A stretch of DNA of 64,000 nt from Obrimoposthia wandeli (taxonomy: Eukaryota): the NCBI GenBank assembly GCA_977020255.1, contig CDROCS010003925.1:1-64000 (forward strand). Reading direction: 5' to 3'. Positions 20,601-35,600 of the stretch are shown piece after piece (positions within the stretch are counted from its first letter, which is position 1; each line of letters begins with the position of its first letter). The notes beneath the pieces are model-generated. The model made no database searches. It was not told the DNA's origin and saw only the letters and a program-made list of their open reading frames with translations. The position numbers and the translations under genes are program-made.

Positions 20601-23600
20601 AGACTTATTTCTTGACTGTTTTATAATTTGCCAAATTGTTAGATTTATTTTCCAATGATTCTTTAAACATAAGAAAACATTATAATAATTATTTTAATTT
20701 GACTATTATTAGTTATGATATTAACAAAATAATTGCATAATATTTAATTATTTTCCGAAAAGTTGTTTTGAATCAATAAATTAAATTAAAAATAATTGTT
20801 TTAGGTAGACGTTTATTTTGTCAACCGTAATATACATATATAAAATTATATTTTAACCTTATCATTAATGCATCGATGTCTTTCATTTGAACAAAGTATT
20901 CTCGATGGCACCTGAAGTATCTATAATATTTTCAGGGTCTGAACTTCGGATCTGGGGATATTCTGCTTATCCGGAATGCCAACGACGAAAATTGGTGGTC
21001 GGCACGAAAATTGGAATTTCAGCACAATTGGAAGACGGACATAAAAAGGTTTGTGGACTTGAACAATAATTTCATAAATCTAGATTAATAATTTTTAACA
21101 TTAACAAAATTAACTTGTTATTTAAAATACGAAAAGTATGTTTTATCTGGCTAGGGAATATTTTGTTCTACAACCAAAGGAGAATGAATGAATATTTATA
21201 TTCTAACATCTGATACACCAAGAAGAGACTCATTTTAACTATTCGTAAATTTCATACTATGAATCATAATTAATTTATATTTGACAGTAATATCGAATCT
21301 TCTAGGTTAATATTTTTTGTATTATATTTTAACCCTAAAAATCATTAGTGTTTAAAAATAGAAACAATTAATCAAAAACAGCTACGTTTAGTGATTGGCA
21401 GAATCTATTCAGACAATAGTGAAAATGGCAAAAACCTTTTTGGGTTCGACATTTTGTGGAATTGAGAATTCAAAAGCCTCCGTAGAATATTAAATTGAGA
21501 ACCGATGGATAAAACTGCAGGAATTGGAGGTTTCATCTGTGAAGCTGATGATAAAAAGCAAGGAAAACGCAAAAATCCCGTGAAACATAAAACAGGAAAG
21601 CCGGCATCAGAGTGTTAACCAATCAACAATTTCTCGTACAATTGCAAAGCGTAGAATACGATGTTTCAAATGCAAGAAGGTTCCTCTAACATCTGCTAAA
21701 CAAAAGGCAGTCCAGAAACAAACAACTATAAAAGGAATACCAGGTAATTTAGGATTTTTAAAGGTAGTATTTACGAGACATCTAATTATGTAAAGTGTTA
21801 TAGGAAAAGAAGTACAAAGACGAGTAAAGGTTGGGTGCGTAATGGGTGAGAAAGTGGTTAGTAATATAGATTTTTTTGATGATGGAGAAAGTCTCAATTA
21901 TGCAAGTTATCTTAAGATTCTTAATAATTATCCATTGCACTTTATCGACTCCAATTATATCAGAAGTGAAACTATTTTCTTGTCACATTTAGCAAAGTGT
22001 CACTATCATAGAAATGCTTATGACTGTCTGACAAGCATTAAAATCGAATTAATATTGTAAAAAACACGGATCATTTTTACGAAAATATAGTGAAATCTCT
22101 ATAATTTGATTGTAAAAAGTGCTCAGATGAGAGGTGTTCAATGTAGATGCTACAGTGTTGTACAAACAGTTTGATAACAAATTTCAATTTGGCTGAGAAT
22201 ATTATATTTATAAAGCAAAAAAGTGTTACTAAAAAGAACGATTCAACGAGGTCTGCAAAATAAACACCTACTACTTCGAAACCCATTGTATCTTAATGAA
22301 GTTGAGCTCCCTGGTAGGTTTACTCAAACAAACATTAGCCATTCATTTTAACTCGACAACATAGGTTCATCTGAGGACTGTATCTTATTTTTCTCCACTA
22401 CAATAAATATAGAATGAATGGCACAATGTAATCTTTGGTATGCTGATGAAACATTCAAATGTGCTGTCCATTATGAAAACCTTCTTTTTGTTGATGTCAA
22501 TTAAAACTCATTCTTAGTGTAATCGTTTATTCTCAATTCCTAAAAATTTAAATCAGCATTGATTTCAAGCGACATTTTATTTCCTCTTTTAAAGAGGCCT
22601 TTCCAAATGATCGTCGACGTGATTGCTTACTTCATTTATGTCAGTGTTTAAGATTGTATGAAAATTATATGAATGATCAAGATAAAAGTATAAAAATATT
22701 TTGGATGAGGCTGCTTGCGAACAATGGGTATAACTCATTATTTTGGCATATTTTGAAGGCGGCAAATTAAAACAGAATATCCGGATTCTTTAAGCAATTT
22801 ATTTCGATTCAATTTCAAAAACTTTTAAGCTAACGTTCAAATAATTTTTTTTTAGCAAAGTCCAAGCTAACTTTTTGAATCTCAAACTTTGACAACCGAT
22901 AGCTAATTAAAACAAGTCAATACCCATTGACTAATAATAATGAAATATTATTATTTTTACATTTATAATACACACATACTATACCCTCCGATTCTTTTGC
23001 AATTTAGCCCCTGTTTCAAAACATCGACCTCACCTCAAAACACTCATAATGCATGTGGGAATTCGGTGTTCCTATTTATATTCAGATTCTCACATTTGAA
23101 AATCCAAACAAGTCTGAGGATAATGTGGTCATAATTTTGGTCGTGGTTTTCAGATGTTAAGGTAAATCATGGCACCGTCTGGGCAGTACACAGTTTCAAT
23201 CTGAGTGTGAGTCTGGAGCTACAATTCACTGATTGACTAATCCAGCACTGCCCGCTCTGTTTCTCCTGCAGGATCCTCAGTGGTTTCAATAGCAGTGAAG
23301 GTCTTGTACCGAGTGCAGAACGCCTGGCACGGCAGCACAGGAACCGCGATGTTGCTGTTGAGTTCACTGAAACCGCTACCGTCATCGAGTCCAACGGCAG
23401 CTTCACCTCCAACCGAATCCAGTCCGATGCAGGCGGCTTCGCGACCCCTGTACCTGGTAGCGGCTCTCTCGACCTCAAGAAGCGCCGGCAGATGGCCTAC
23501 ATGCAGAATTTGGCCGGCAACAAGGAAACCATAAAGTCTAGTGAGTGAAACCGATTAACCGCCAACGTTCCAATATTGGAACATCATTTCAGATATAAAT

Positions 23601-26600
23601 TTAAGTTATAACTAATTGTATTTCTAAGATTTGTTTTTCCATTTTTTATTATTGACTGTTTGAAATTATAATAATCTAAATTCAAAATATTATTTTCAAA
23701 GAATTGATTTACAAAACTCTTAGAATGTCTAGTTAATCATAATAACTGCAACAAGTAGCGACGGCTAAATGGTTATCCTTCAAACTGTATTGAAAGAATT
23801 CGTATTATCACACTGCTTCCTAACAATATTGCATACTTTTTAAAGTGAAATGATTATAAGAAAAATATAAAACATGCCCAACTGCTTAATAAAATGTAAA
23901 GTCACTTGATGCAATTTGAGCTAGTGATATAACATTTTGAAAAGGATGAATATATGTGACGTAATTAGAGTTGCGATCATTAGGTTATGTTTAATAAATG
24001 GATAGTCTCCAACTGAAGTTGTGCGTCTATACCAGAAAGAGAATGATGATTTATTGTCATGGTATAACAATATTCAGAATAATTTCTTCAGAAACAAGTA
24101 AGTAAGAACTTTATACAGAAGTTTCCCTCTAACTACGGATCCCGACAATATTTTTCTCAGTGTCCTCCAAGTGACTTCGACTTGAAAAACAATTATGTTT
24201 TCCGATGGGGCGTTATTTTCTTTGAATAGATCCGTACAATCCCTAAGAAGGATCATTTGATCACTGAAGTCTAAGCCAATTTTAGAAAATTCTTTACAGG
24301 ACGAAAATAAAGATATTTATTTGAAAATGTTGAGAAATAATATTGCACTAATTCTTGGACGAACAAGTCTTATTTGACCTACAATTTATCACCAAGGCAC
24401 TGCCCCACCACATATAAAGAGGTGCGTAATCGTTTATTTCAATCAGACATTTTCTTCGAAAATGTCATCCGTCGGTTTTTGTGACTTTACCTGACAACCA
24501 CGTTCTCTGGATCTAAACCACGAAGAGGTTTGACCTGGGTTATGTAAAGAGCAAGGGTTTAGGGAGATGCAAATTTCGGAAACAAGGAATCACTCATACA
24601 AGAAAGCGTAAAAATCGACCAATAAATGTTATCAATAATAGTTTATATCGTACCATCAAGATTGTAGGTTGTAATTTAAGTCAATGGCAATCCGTTTCAA
24701 CGCTTCTGACATTAAAAATTGAAATCGAGACTCTTTTATTCAAATTTTATATAAATCTATTCGGAATTTCAAAAAATTGAAGCTTTTGAAATTTGATAAT
24801 ATTTTTGGGACTTAAAATGATTTTCTAATGAAATTCCTAAAAGAAACACTTCTGTAAGCAAGGAATTTTGAATAAAAAGAGAATATAAATATAATAGTTG
24901 TAACCTTACGAATATTTAAATTTCTAAAATTTTCATACATGATCAGTTACTTTTTGTAACATAAAGTAGTACTTTGTCATGCGATATATATTACAGCAGA
25001 GCGTAGTGATCGAATATTTTAAAATATACGTATAGTAAAGTAGTTTTGTGTTATATTACGTTTTAAATTGTATTTGTCAACTTATTGCTGATAATATAAA
25101 TAGGAAGAATTGCTTAAAATAATCATTGAAAACGAATACTGTGCGAAAACTAAGAAAAGAAAAAATAATAAACATAAACGGCAAATAAAATAATAAATTG
25201 AAGCAATTTTTTATGAATACTTTGGGTTTTTTACTATAAAATTACAAGTAAATACTCGTTGTCTAATTTGAATAACATCTCTAGCTGTTCGAATTTTGTT
25301 CTCAATATGAATTGATCAATTTGAACCGTCAAATTATGTATATGGTACAAATACACCCATAATGAATAATAACAAAGTACTGACTGAATCCTACAAGAAT
25401 ATTCATGACATCATTATATATCTCCCAAACCGTTCAACTAAGTGAATACAATATTACATTATCCAATCAGTATTGATTGACAACGGCACAAAGATGCTTG
25501 CATGAACTATTTCAATATGACATCCAGTGCGGCTCTTCGTTCTTCTAAGTTCAAATGAAAAAAATACACTTGACGATAAGATACGATACGTGCACTTAAT
25601 TTGATGCTTATTTTAGTCAATCTTTAGTAGCTTGCTTTTTCAATGAGCCAGAAATGGTCCCTTGGCACGAATAGTTGGAGATCCGCAATATGACGAACTA
25701 CCAGAAATTATTTAGTAATGCAGAAGTTTCAGATTACAAAGTGTCAGTGCCCGCAACATTGTAAACATGAACGAAGCATATGATGAAGGTATTGACGGAA
25801 ACATTACTTTCCACTCTGGGACGAAGTGACTGATAAGTCCGCAAAAGATGAATGAGAGCAACCGATTATATTACGATCTGACCATATATGGACCATAACA
25901 GAATCGCAATTGTGAGTTTGCTGCAGTGAAATATTTTCAACCCGCGTGATTTAGAATTTAGAAGAGGGTTTCGACCTGATAGTCAAACAGAATCCTTTCC
26001 TATCTTGTTCGAAGAAATTATTGAAGTAGCTGATGTATAGGCAAACCTTAATGGAATGGTGCTCTTTCAATATTGACGTCCGACTACAGGTGAAGAGACG
26101 AAGAACGTTTTTGGTGTACATAAACTTACAGAAGTATTCAGGGCACAAGATAATTAAAATCTTCTTGCGATGAACATCCTTTATTTGTGCTTGTAAGAGC
26201 AATGAGAGATTTGCCCAAATGAGCACATGTCTGCGATTCGACGATCCATTACGACAAGACAAAAGACACGAATCAGCTTCAATTCGGATTATCGTTGATC
26301 AATGTAATAAGTCTCTCTGAATTCCATCGACCTGGTCCGCTTATAGCTGTCGACGAACTGTCGAATGGATTTCATGGACGAATTAGATTTCGTTAGTACA
26401 CGCCTTCTAAATCCGGTAAATATCTTCTCAAACGAAATCCAATTGGCGTCTGAACTTTAATGACCTCTAATTAACTTGAGACAGAGCAGCCCAATGCTCG
26501 TCCCGCTACCAACAAGGCAATGCAGCAGAAACGATGCAGCAGAATGTCTCGAGCAAGGTGCAGAACCGCCTAACAAATGTTTCTTTGCAATCTCAAATAT

Positions 26601-29600
26601 CGAAATTCTCTAATCGTGTATGGTTTTTGCAGGCTCATTTCCTCAGATACAACGTTTACTATTATTTCTGTTGAGTTTATAAGGCAGCTGAGACACTGTG
26701 GGCGGGGTGTATGCGTACCTCAAAGGTACACAGCACATGAAACAATAGAACATCATTTAACATCTAAGTAGTAAAGCTCTTTACTGTACACTTAATAATA
26801 CTTGAAAACAGGTATCACAGGACATGTTGTTAATTAAATATTATGATATCATATTATTGCTATAGTAAAAAAAAAAAATACTTTTATTTAATAGAGTTTA
26901 TGTATTAGTAGTCTTTTTTAATATTGTTTAGGAAATTTAAATAAGACATGTTAAAATTATTTTAATCCAGATAATAAAATTCAGATCTAACCTTATTTAA
27001 ACCATTTTATTTGACAGTTAAGATTTACGTTCTAATTAAATATAGATTCAAATGTATAATCTTTGTTGACATTACCGCGTGTATCTTTTCCATGCACTAT
27101 CGGGGCTTGTGCATTCACAAGGAGGGCGATATTATTAAAGTAAGTAAATACATGTAACCTTGATATCACGACATTTAATGGACTGAGAAAATCGCTTCGT
27201 CATATTGCGGCTTCACTGTATTATTAAATTATTATTATTTTAGGCCCCCATGACATATAATACGTCTGTTACCCGTCGTTAATTATCTTTCTTACCTTCA
27301 GTTTGCTTTCAATGGACAATTATGGACATTCCCAAAAGGAATTTAACTAAACATTAAACACAACGAATGATTTTTTTGTTTAATACTGATTTAATTTTTA
27401 CCAGGAACAACAAATTGCAGCAACTAAATAGCTTATTTCATTCTAACCTGAATTATGAACTGGTCTCGATGTTTATCTAATTGAAATCGAGCCAGACAGA
27501 ATATCGTGCTACCAGATAGTTATAAATACATCATTTTTTTGTACTTCAAGCCTGTTTTAGTTCAAATTTTGTCGATGTATATGAATATTTTATTAAATAA
27601 GTTTCAACTAAAATTTACAAAATACAAAAAACAGAATTGGAAATATCGATATTTTTTTCAAAATACACATGATAACAAATACAGGGTGTCCTATTGAATT
27701 TGAACTATTTCTTATGTAAATAAAAACACACAATTTTTAATAAATATTGATTTTTATATTTTATAAAGTAAGGGTTTTTATTTTATTATACAAACAATAT
27801 ATATAATAGGTTATTATGGAAAATATCGATCGTGACATCATAATTTTATATTAGGAAAGTAACAGGAGTATAATTTCGACTATTAGAGCCTACAATAAGA
27901 AATATAAATTGAAGTACAATATCTTTGATAAAAATAAAATTTGGAGAATAATAAAGAAGTTTGAAATTGGAAATTTAAAATTAATTCGAAAAATGGGAAG
28001 TGGTGGGAAAATGAAGTGTCCAATGGATTTTTACTTCTGGGGATACCTGAAATATAAAGTGTATGAAAAATCATTTAACTCATTGGATCAATTAAAAGAA
28101 AGAATTAAATTCCTTATTGAAGAAATAAAACTATTAGATTTCGAAAAAGTGATAAAAAATGTACCGTTAAGACTTAGAGCAATTATTGAACAAAATGGCG
28201 GACATATTGAACATTATGATAGATTTATATAAATCCATTTTTGTCTACAATCTGTTTATTAGTGTTTTTATAATATATATTATATTGCTTTGTGATTTTA
28301 ATTTATAATAGTTTGTTTTTCTGTGGGACATCCTCTATTACCGACTCACCCATAATACCCTCTCAACCTTAAAAGCCTTCAAATTCGAAGCACAATTTTT
28401 ATCGACATCCACACCACTTAATTCAGTTTAATGTTCTAATTTCCTTGTTATTTACACCATGATCCTATTTATTCTCTCGTTTTACTCCTTCTCTGTTACT
28501 CCGTAACTTAGGCGAAAAGTTAAATGCTGTGACTTAATTTCAAATAGAATTGTTAATAAAATCGAATTAATTAAATGAATAATGATGAAGTTGATGATGT
28601 GTGTGATGATCGTAGTAATACCTGAAGGCAAAATGTAAAAAGGAAAGAACTGATTTGGAATAAAATTTAATTTATGTAATAGTATCGAATAATATTGATA
28701 CATTGTTTGACATAAAACCGTTGCTAATTTAATTATCAGAAAAGCAAGTAAATTAAAACAAATTCAAATAAATATATCGCCAAGAACATAATCAAAAAAC
28801 AATCCCACAAAACAATCAACCACAACAACAACTCGACCACTGTAAATAAACCACAACAACTACTCATCCCTTTTGTTGCTCTTCCCACAATCCGAAACAG
28901 AATAAACTGACACATATGTGTTTGAATAACCTCGGTTTCAGATTCCTTTTTTATTGTTGGGATCCATAAATTCAAAATTGACTAAAGCTTCTAACATTTA
29001 TTAAAACCTTGACTTCAAACATTGTGGTAAACAAAAATTGATATTGTTTTTGAATTGTCAATTGTGACAAGACAATGTCTGCCTTGTCTATTTATAAAAA
29101 ACAACTCCCATATTAGACTTAAAATTTAAAATCTTTTAATTATTTTAATGCAATTTTAATTGTAATATATATAAATATATATAGTTTTTCGTTGTTGTAT
29201 TTATTGAAAAAAACATCAAGTTGCATTGTGAAAACTCTGAAGTTACCGTGTGGCAAAAATAACGTAAATATTTACTATGAAGACTTTATTTTATTTACTT
29301 ACAAAATTTTTTGCTCTTGCATTAAAATAGAAGCTTTTATTTGTGACTATGTACCACACGGATGGAACACATCAAAACTAATCCAAAGATTAACTGACAG
29401 AGAAGCCCAATCCAGAACGCACAGACCAGAAATGCCAGTCTTAGAAACTTTCTTAAGCTGAAAAATACGGCAAATTGCCACCTGTTAAGGGTAAATCAAG
29501 CATCAAGAACTTCTCAAATCGTATTAAGATGAGACATCCCTTGAAAAGGTTTGATGATAAACATTAATGTTAAAAAACCCACCACAATTAGCCTTTTTGA

Positions 29601-32600
29601 ACAAATAGAACCCTTACCAAATTTGACATATATAGAAATCCATATGCCAAAGGGTCGTGGATTCTTGGAAAGCAGATCGGATAAACACTTTAATGTTCTC
29701 CTGTTGCAGAACCACTATGATAGGTTGACTAGGCATCAATAGTTCTCGGAGGAGCTAACACGATGTTCATAGAACAAAATTTGAAACTACGACCGATAAG
29801 ATATTTAAATATTTATGATACCAAATATTTATTTTTTAGACTGAAATGGTCTTTAAAATGATTAAATAACCAACATTGGCTAGTGTATCCATAATGTATT
29901 TAAAAGGATAAATAATCTTACATACACTATACGCAAGTAGATATAGGATACGTCGGAACTGTAATACCATGTCAGAAGTAAACGAAAAAATCCTACGAAG
30001 ACATGTTGATGCCGTACAAGTAGTAGAAAGAGTTCAAGCATTAGTAAGAGAATATTTTAGTAGACACAGTACTAGCAAATGATCTGAAAGTGCAAAGCCT
30101 ACAAAAAAGAACTTTTCTGCTATCGTCGACAGAGTTTTGTTTTTGCTATACACGATAAGTAACAGAGTAAAAACGGAGTAACCGTGATACACATTATCTC
30201 TTTTGTTACCAAAACGTGGGAGGTTCGACTTGATTTACTCCGATAGGATTGTTGGGATTTAAACAAATTGAAACCTAATTATTTAAAATACAGACACGTT
30301 CTGAAATGTTAAAATATAAACGATAAGTTAATAAACGAGTAAATAGTTAGCAAATTTTAATATGCTTATGTAATAAATTAGATGTGTTACAAATCTGTAA
30401 AGATAAAATAATAATACTTTCTTAAAATATTTATGTATCCATTAACGTAAAAATGATAAAGCAATATGCATTTCCTATATTTTGAAGTCCCCATAAACTG
30501 ATTTAGAGTTTTATTCGGTTTATAACAGTGGGTTCAAATTTGGGAATTTAATAAGTTTTACATGAATATTGAGAATTAAACAAATTGATCCCATATAATC
30601 AAATCTTAATTAACTAAAAATGCCCACAATCTGGGAGGTAAATTTGATTCAGACTCGGAACCACCTTTTCGGAAAGTGCGCTTGAAGCATCAAACATTTA
30701 TCTGAAATTTTGTCTGTGTTTCTTTATCTTTCATAAAACAGCAGTTCTACTGCCAGAAGACACAAACAAAAATGTATTAAATTTGTAACTAAAAATAACC
30801 TGAACCAAAATTTTCTTATTGAAAACATTTTATTTATTGGTATCAATCAAAATCAAACTGAATACAAGACTGATACAATTATTGAGAATTTGACACCATT
30901 TATGCTTTATTTCTAACAGAACGGATTTTTATTCTGCCAATTGTGAATCTATTACCGTTTGATTTTTTTTATATTACCAGTACAATTTATAACAAATGGA
31001 TTAGTTGGAAATAATTATACATTAAAATATAACAATTATTTAATATAAGATTTTTTTAAAATTCAGTTGTGATAAATTAAATAGTTACATTGAAAATTAT
31101 TCTAAACAAAGTAACATATGGTTAGTACAGAAAATATTACAGATTAGTTTTAAATTCACGACTTTTTCAACAGTGTCTGGTTCATATTATGTTCCAAAAC
31201 CACCGTAATGATGCAGTTGATTTTCAAAATGACGATAATAAATGTTTTTATGTGCATTACTAGCATATTTGCATTATAATGAACTCTCTAGAAATGCGAG
31301 AAAAAGACAATGAATTAAATTGTGATGTATTTCCAATGACTTAAAATTATATACCTAAATTTGAGAGTGACAATAAGACAGAGATTTCCGATCTAAAAAA
31401 CCTAAACTAGCTTCGATCGATATGATGACTTAATTTAAAATTCCTGGTGTAATATTCAGATCTAAATTAGTTAATTGTGAAAGAATTGTTAATTTATTAT
31501 TACTCGAACAAGGTGATATTCATCATCATATAGACAATACAAAATAAAATAGACTACTAAGTTTTAGATCAGCGCCCGGGAAAGTCCGGCCCGCGGTGTG
31601 GTTTAATCCGGCCCGCGTAACAGTCTTTTTAGCCCTGTCATGTGATTGTTTTAGGGATTTTTTATGAACTGTGGTTTTTTTTCGCATTTCTGGCCCCGAG
31701 CGTTCAAAAAATCTACATTTTGGTCCGCCAAATGAAATGTTTCCCGGGCACTGTTTTAGATAATAGAATATACAATTAAAGTATTTGCTTGGAATCTGCT
31801 TTTTAAAACATATTGTTCAATTGCAATTTGATAACAGAAACTACTATACTTTATTTAATTCCTAGATATGAATATTATAAACTTAAGGATTTGAACCTCG
31901 ACTTGTAGTATTTACTGACTTTGAGAGTTTGCTTGTACCAGATCCTGATTATAATCAACAACACGTACCTATTTATGTTGGTTTATTGCTTAAACATAAT
32001 ACTGAAGATGTGATAGAACATTATTTTTTTACGGTCGTGATTTTGAAAATGATTTATTTGGTAAGTTATTCGAAAATCTCATAAATAAAGTAGTGCCTTT
32101 TTATAATTCAGGTAAACTTAATCATTTCAATGCTACTCAATGGTACTTGTGTAATAAACCGCAACCCTATTATGTCCCCAAAGTCCCTCTTGCTTTGAAG
32201 CCCGGATAAAAATAAATAAAAAAGTTCAATTCTTTTAGAATTGAAAGGTTTTTTGTTGAAATAATTTTAGGTTTATAGGATGCTGATGCGGTAAAGGAGA
32301 GAGACGTGTAATTCTTTACAATCTCATCTTCAGTTAGCTGGCCACTGGGTCATTTTATCCGTCATTTTTTAAGATCACATATGATTCGTTCACTACAATT
32401 CTGATCAGATCATCAAACAATTTCGTTACCAAAGGTAGAAACTGGTTGTCGGCTGGTGCAAAATAGAAAACACCTGAAGCCCAGTATTCAATAATCTCAA
32501 CACTTCCGTTTTTGTTAACGTAACAGCCTCAACTGATCAGGCTCCATATCTCCGACCGATGTGTTATAAAGCCGTCAGTTCTATCCCACACTTTCAACAG

Positions 32601-35600
32601 CCGGATAGTAGCAGCGATTCCCATTGACATCACAACGATCTATCTAACTAGTTGTAATGAAATATCATGAAATTTTTTATATCTATACGGAGAAATGTTT
32701 CTAAATATATTTTAAATTATCCTTATATGGGATTTAGAAATGGGTGTCTCTTTAGGTTTTCTGTTTTATTAATGTAACATATACGAGCGATGTTGAACAT
32801 AAAATAGGTGCATGGAATTATAATCTATTTGTCACTAATTTACAAAGATAGCAGGCAAATTTTGTGCATTTATTTAACTTTTAATTGATTGTTACAGTTT
32901 TATTCAAGCCTCGTTTCTTTGCTCACAGACGCTGACGTAAAGAAACTGCCCACCGAAATCTACACTATTGTGACCCCTAAACCGCATGCACTGTTGCGAC
33001 CTGTTGTGGTCGTTGGTCCCGGTCGCAATGTGGTCTACAATCAGCTCACAAGGCGATATCCAGAACTTTTCTCTAGCCCCGTAAATCGTAAGTTCCGTGA
33101 TCCCAGTTGGTGCTGCTAACCCATTCGTTATTAAACATGATATGGAAAGATTATTGCATTAACTATTAATAAACTGAAGCTTATAATAAAGAAATACATG
33201 AAAAAATAAAATCAGATTGTCATTAAACGGGTGAAAGTAGTTTATATTTCATTATAAACTGTCAGGACCGAAGGCTAATTGATGGTTGATGAAATGAAAT
33301 ACGAAAGAGAGTCTATTCTAAGGCCCGATTACAACATGAGATAAATAAAATCATTTAAATAGTTACATGTACTTTTAAATGACATTCACGCTCTATGGCT
33401 TATTCTTTGTAGAAATGAATTCAAATAGTCACACGTTGAAATTTTTTACATGATATGTAGAAAATGAAAAATACCATCATCAATTTCTAGTACATGTCGT
33501 AGATAAAATTATTCGCGAACATCCTGTCCACATACATCAATATCAACACGTTTAATACAGACATTGAAATTTTAAACTTGGTCCTAGTAACTAAAATATC
33601 ACTAAAAATGATAATAATAATTTTGTATTTTTTCAACTCAAATCTCAACTACTAGGAGTTTTAAACAATAAGTCATAGGCTATAAATTTTACTGTTTATT
33701 TAAATTAATCGTATATAGCAATAAATATGCATCAACTTCAAACATTCTATCCTTCAAAAGACCGCAACAAACTAAATTGAGTTTACTTACAAAATTATTT
33801 CTGTTTGTTTTATTAAATGTATTTGATAGTAGTATTGAAATGATAAAAAGTTTTCTAACATGATGTTTGCACAATTAAATATTTTGGTTATCTGTGGAAG
33901 ATCATCATCAAAAGCCTGTTCACAGTCCTGGGAAACTGATATATACGTGGCTCATTTCACATATCAGATCTGCTTAAATCGTGCGACTTCAATGAAAAAA
34001 GCCCCATATCGTACCCATTTAAGTTTGAGAATAAGTTGAGGACGTTACATCCCAAGTGTTTCTAACCAATTGATTTACCAGATACAACTGCTCTCCAACT
34101 TCGGAGGGAACTAGCTGGATCTGTTTTAATAGTCTGTCGCCTCCACATTTCCTTTCAACATTCGTATTAAATCGTGCGACTTCAATGAAGAAAACCACAC
34201 GAAACTTTTGTATCTTTCTGTTATTCCTAATAAGCTACATTTCATATGCTTCAAAGATAAAAATCCCTGGGTTCAAGATCTTTAAGGTAACGTAGAGGTA
34301 CAGCTGTTCACATCTTGATATGGGACAGAAGCGTTCTCGTACAACTAATACAACTTTTGATTACACTGTTTTTCGCGACCCTGTATTTATATTGATCGTT
34401 GAGCCACCGCGGGTCCAAGGGGCACGCGTTGGCCTTTAGTTGTCCTCTCAGGTACTTGCTCGCTCTATGGGAGCACTATGAGGTTTTCAGTTTTAAAGGG
34501 TGTTAAATGGGGTTGACCAGTTTGAGGAATATAGAAACTCAACAGACAATGTTTGCTAAAGGGGCTGGGACCGAATTAATTTGTGTCACATGGTCAAATT
34601 GTTTTCTGCTTCATCTGAGACGCCATGAAGCGTGTCATGATACCGCTGCACGAGTTTATGATTCCCAACTGGTTCATGAACTGTTACTTTGACCTCATTT
34701 ATATGATTCTGGAAGTTGCAAGATAATTTCTTTATAGACTATTTATCTCAACAAATATAAATACATGTGAAACTGACATAGATAAATAAACAAATTCTAC
34801 GCCATATATATATTATTTTGTAAACTTACAATTTGTTTGCACTGTTATTTTATTTCTTTGATAGTTAAGGACTAATTTAGATATTGATTCATTAATTAAT
34901 GTAAGAAGCGTCCATCTATTTAGTTCATTAACGAACATTTAGTCTATTTTTTCCTTGATTCATTGTTTAATATTACCGTTTTTCTAAAAGATAGTCAAAG
35001 TAAAATTTCAATTTTTGACGCATGAACTCGTGACACCTAACGAGTATTGAATAAAATGAGACATTTTTATACAGAATGATGAGAAGGAAGTTGTCAACAG
35101 GTTGTGTAAGTTTGAGAATCACACGTTCTGGGCTTGCCAATGTTCAAATAAGGGTTATTTTGAACAAAAATTAAGGAAACATCAGTAAAGTCGATGGACC
35201 AGAAACATATATTCACATATTAATTTGTCACAAACAACTTTAAGGAATTGTGCACCCAATATCCTAAAATTTGAGATAATTAAAAGCGAATATCATCTTT
35301 CAAATTTTCATTTGAAATTGAAAAAAGTGTGTAAAAAGTGTTAAAAACGAAAAAATTTAATATGTTTCCCAATTTTTACCTCTTGACTTTTGGGATTTGA
35401 TCATCATGAAACGATAACGTCCCAGATATTTCCTAAAATATTTGAAAGTTTCCATTAATGTCCACAACTTCCGCTAACCGAGGTAATATAAAGTGTCTAT
35501 TTTTGAGTCTTTGGTTATTTTTTGCTTTCAATTTTGCAAAACATATAAAAATCGAGATTTTTTTCAAATTCGAATTAAAGTTTTAAAATGTTTAAAAATT

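Noticed and set aside
27090-27150. SH3-like peptide (GLCIHKEGDIIK) followed by GTAAGT, as an alternative DLG exon
   Set aside because: No AG acceptor between the upstream in-frame stop and the motif, and the true SH3 exon is already at 20936-21048.
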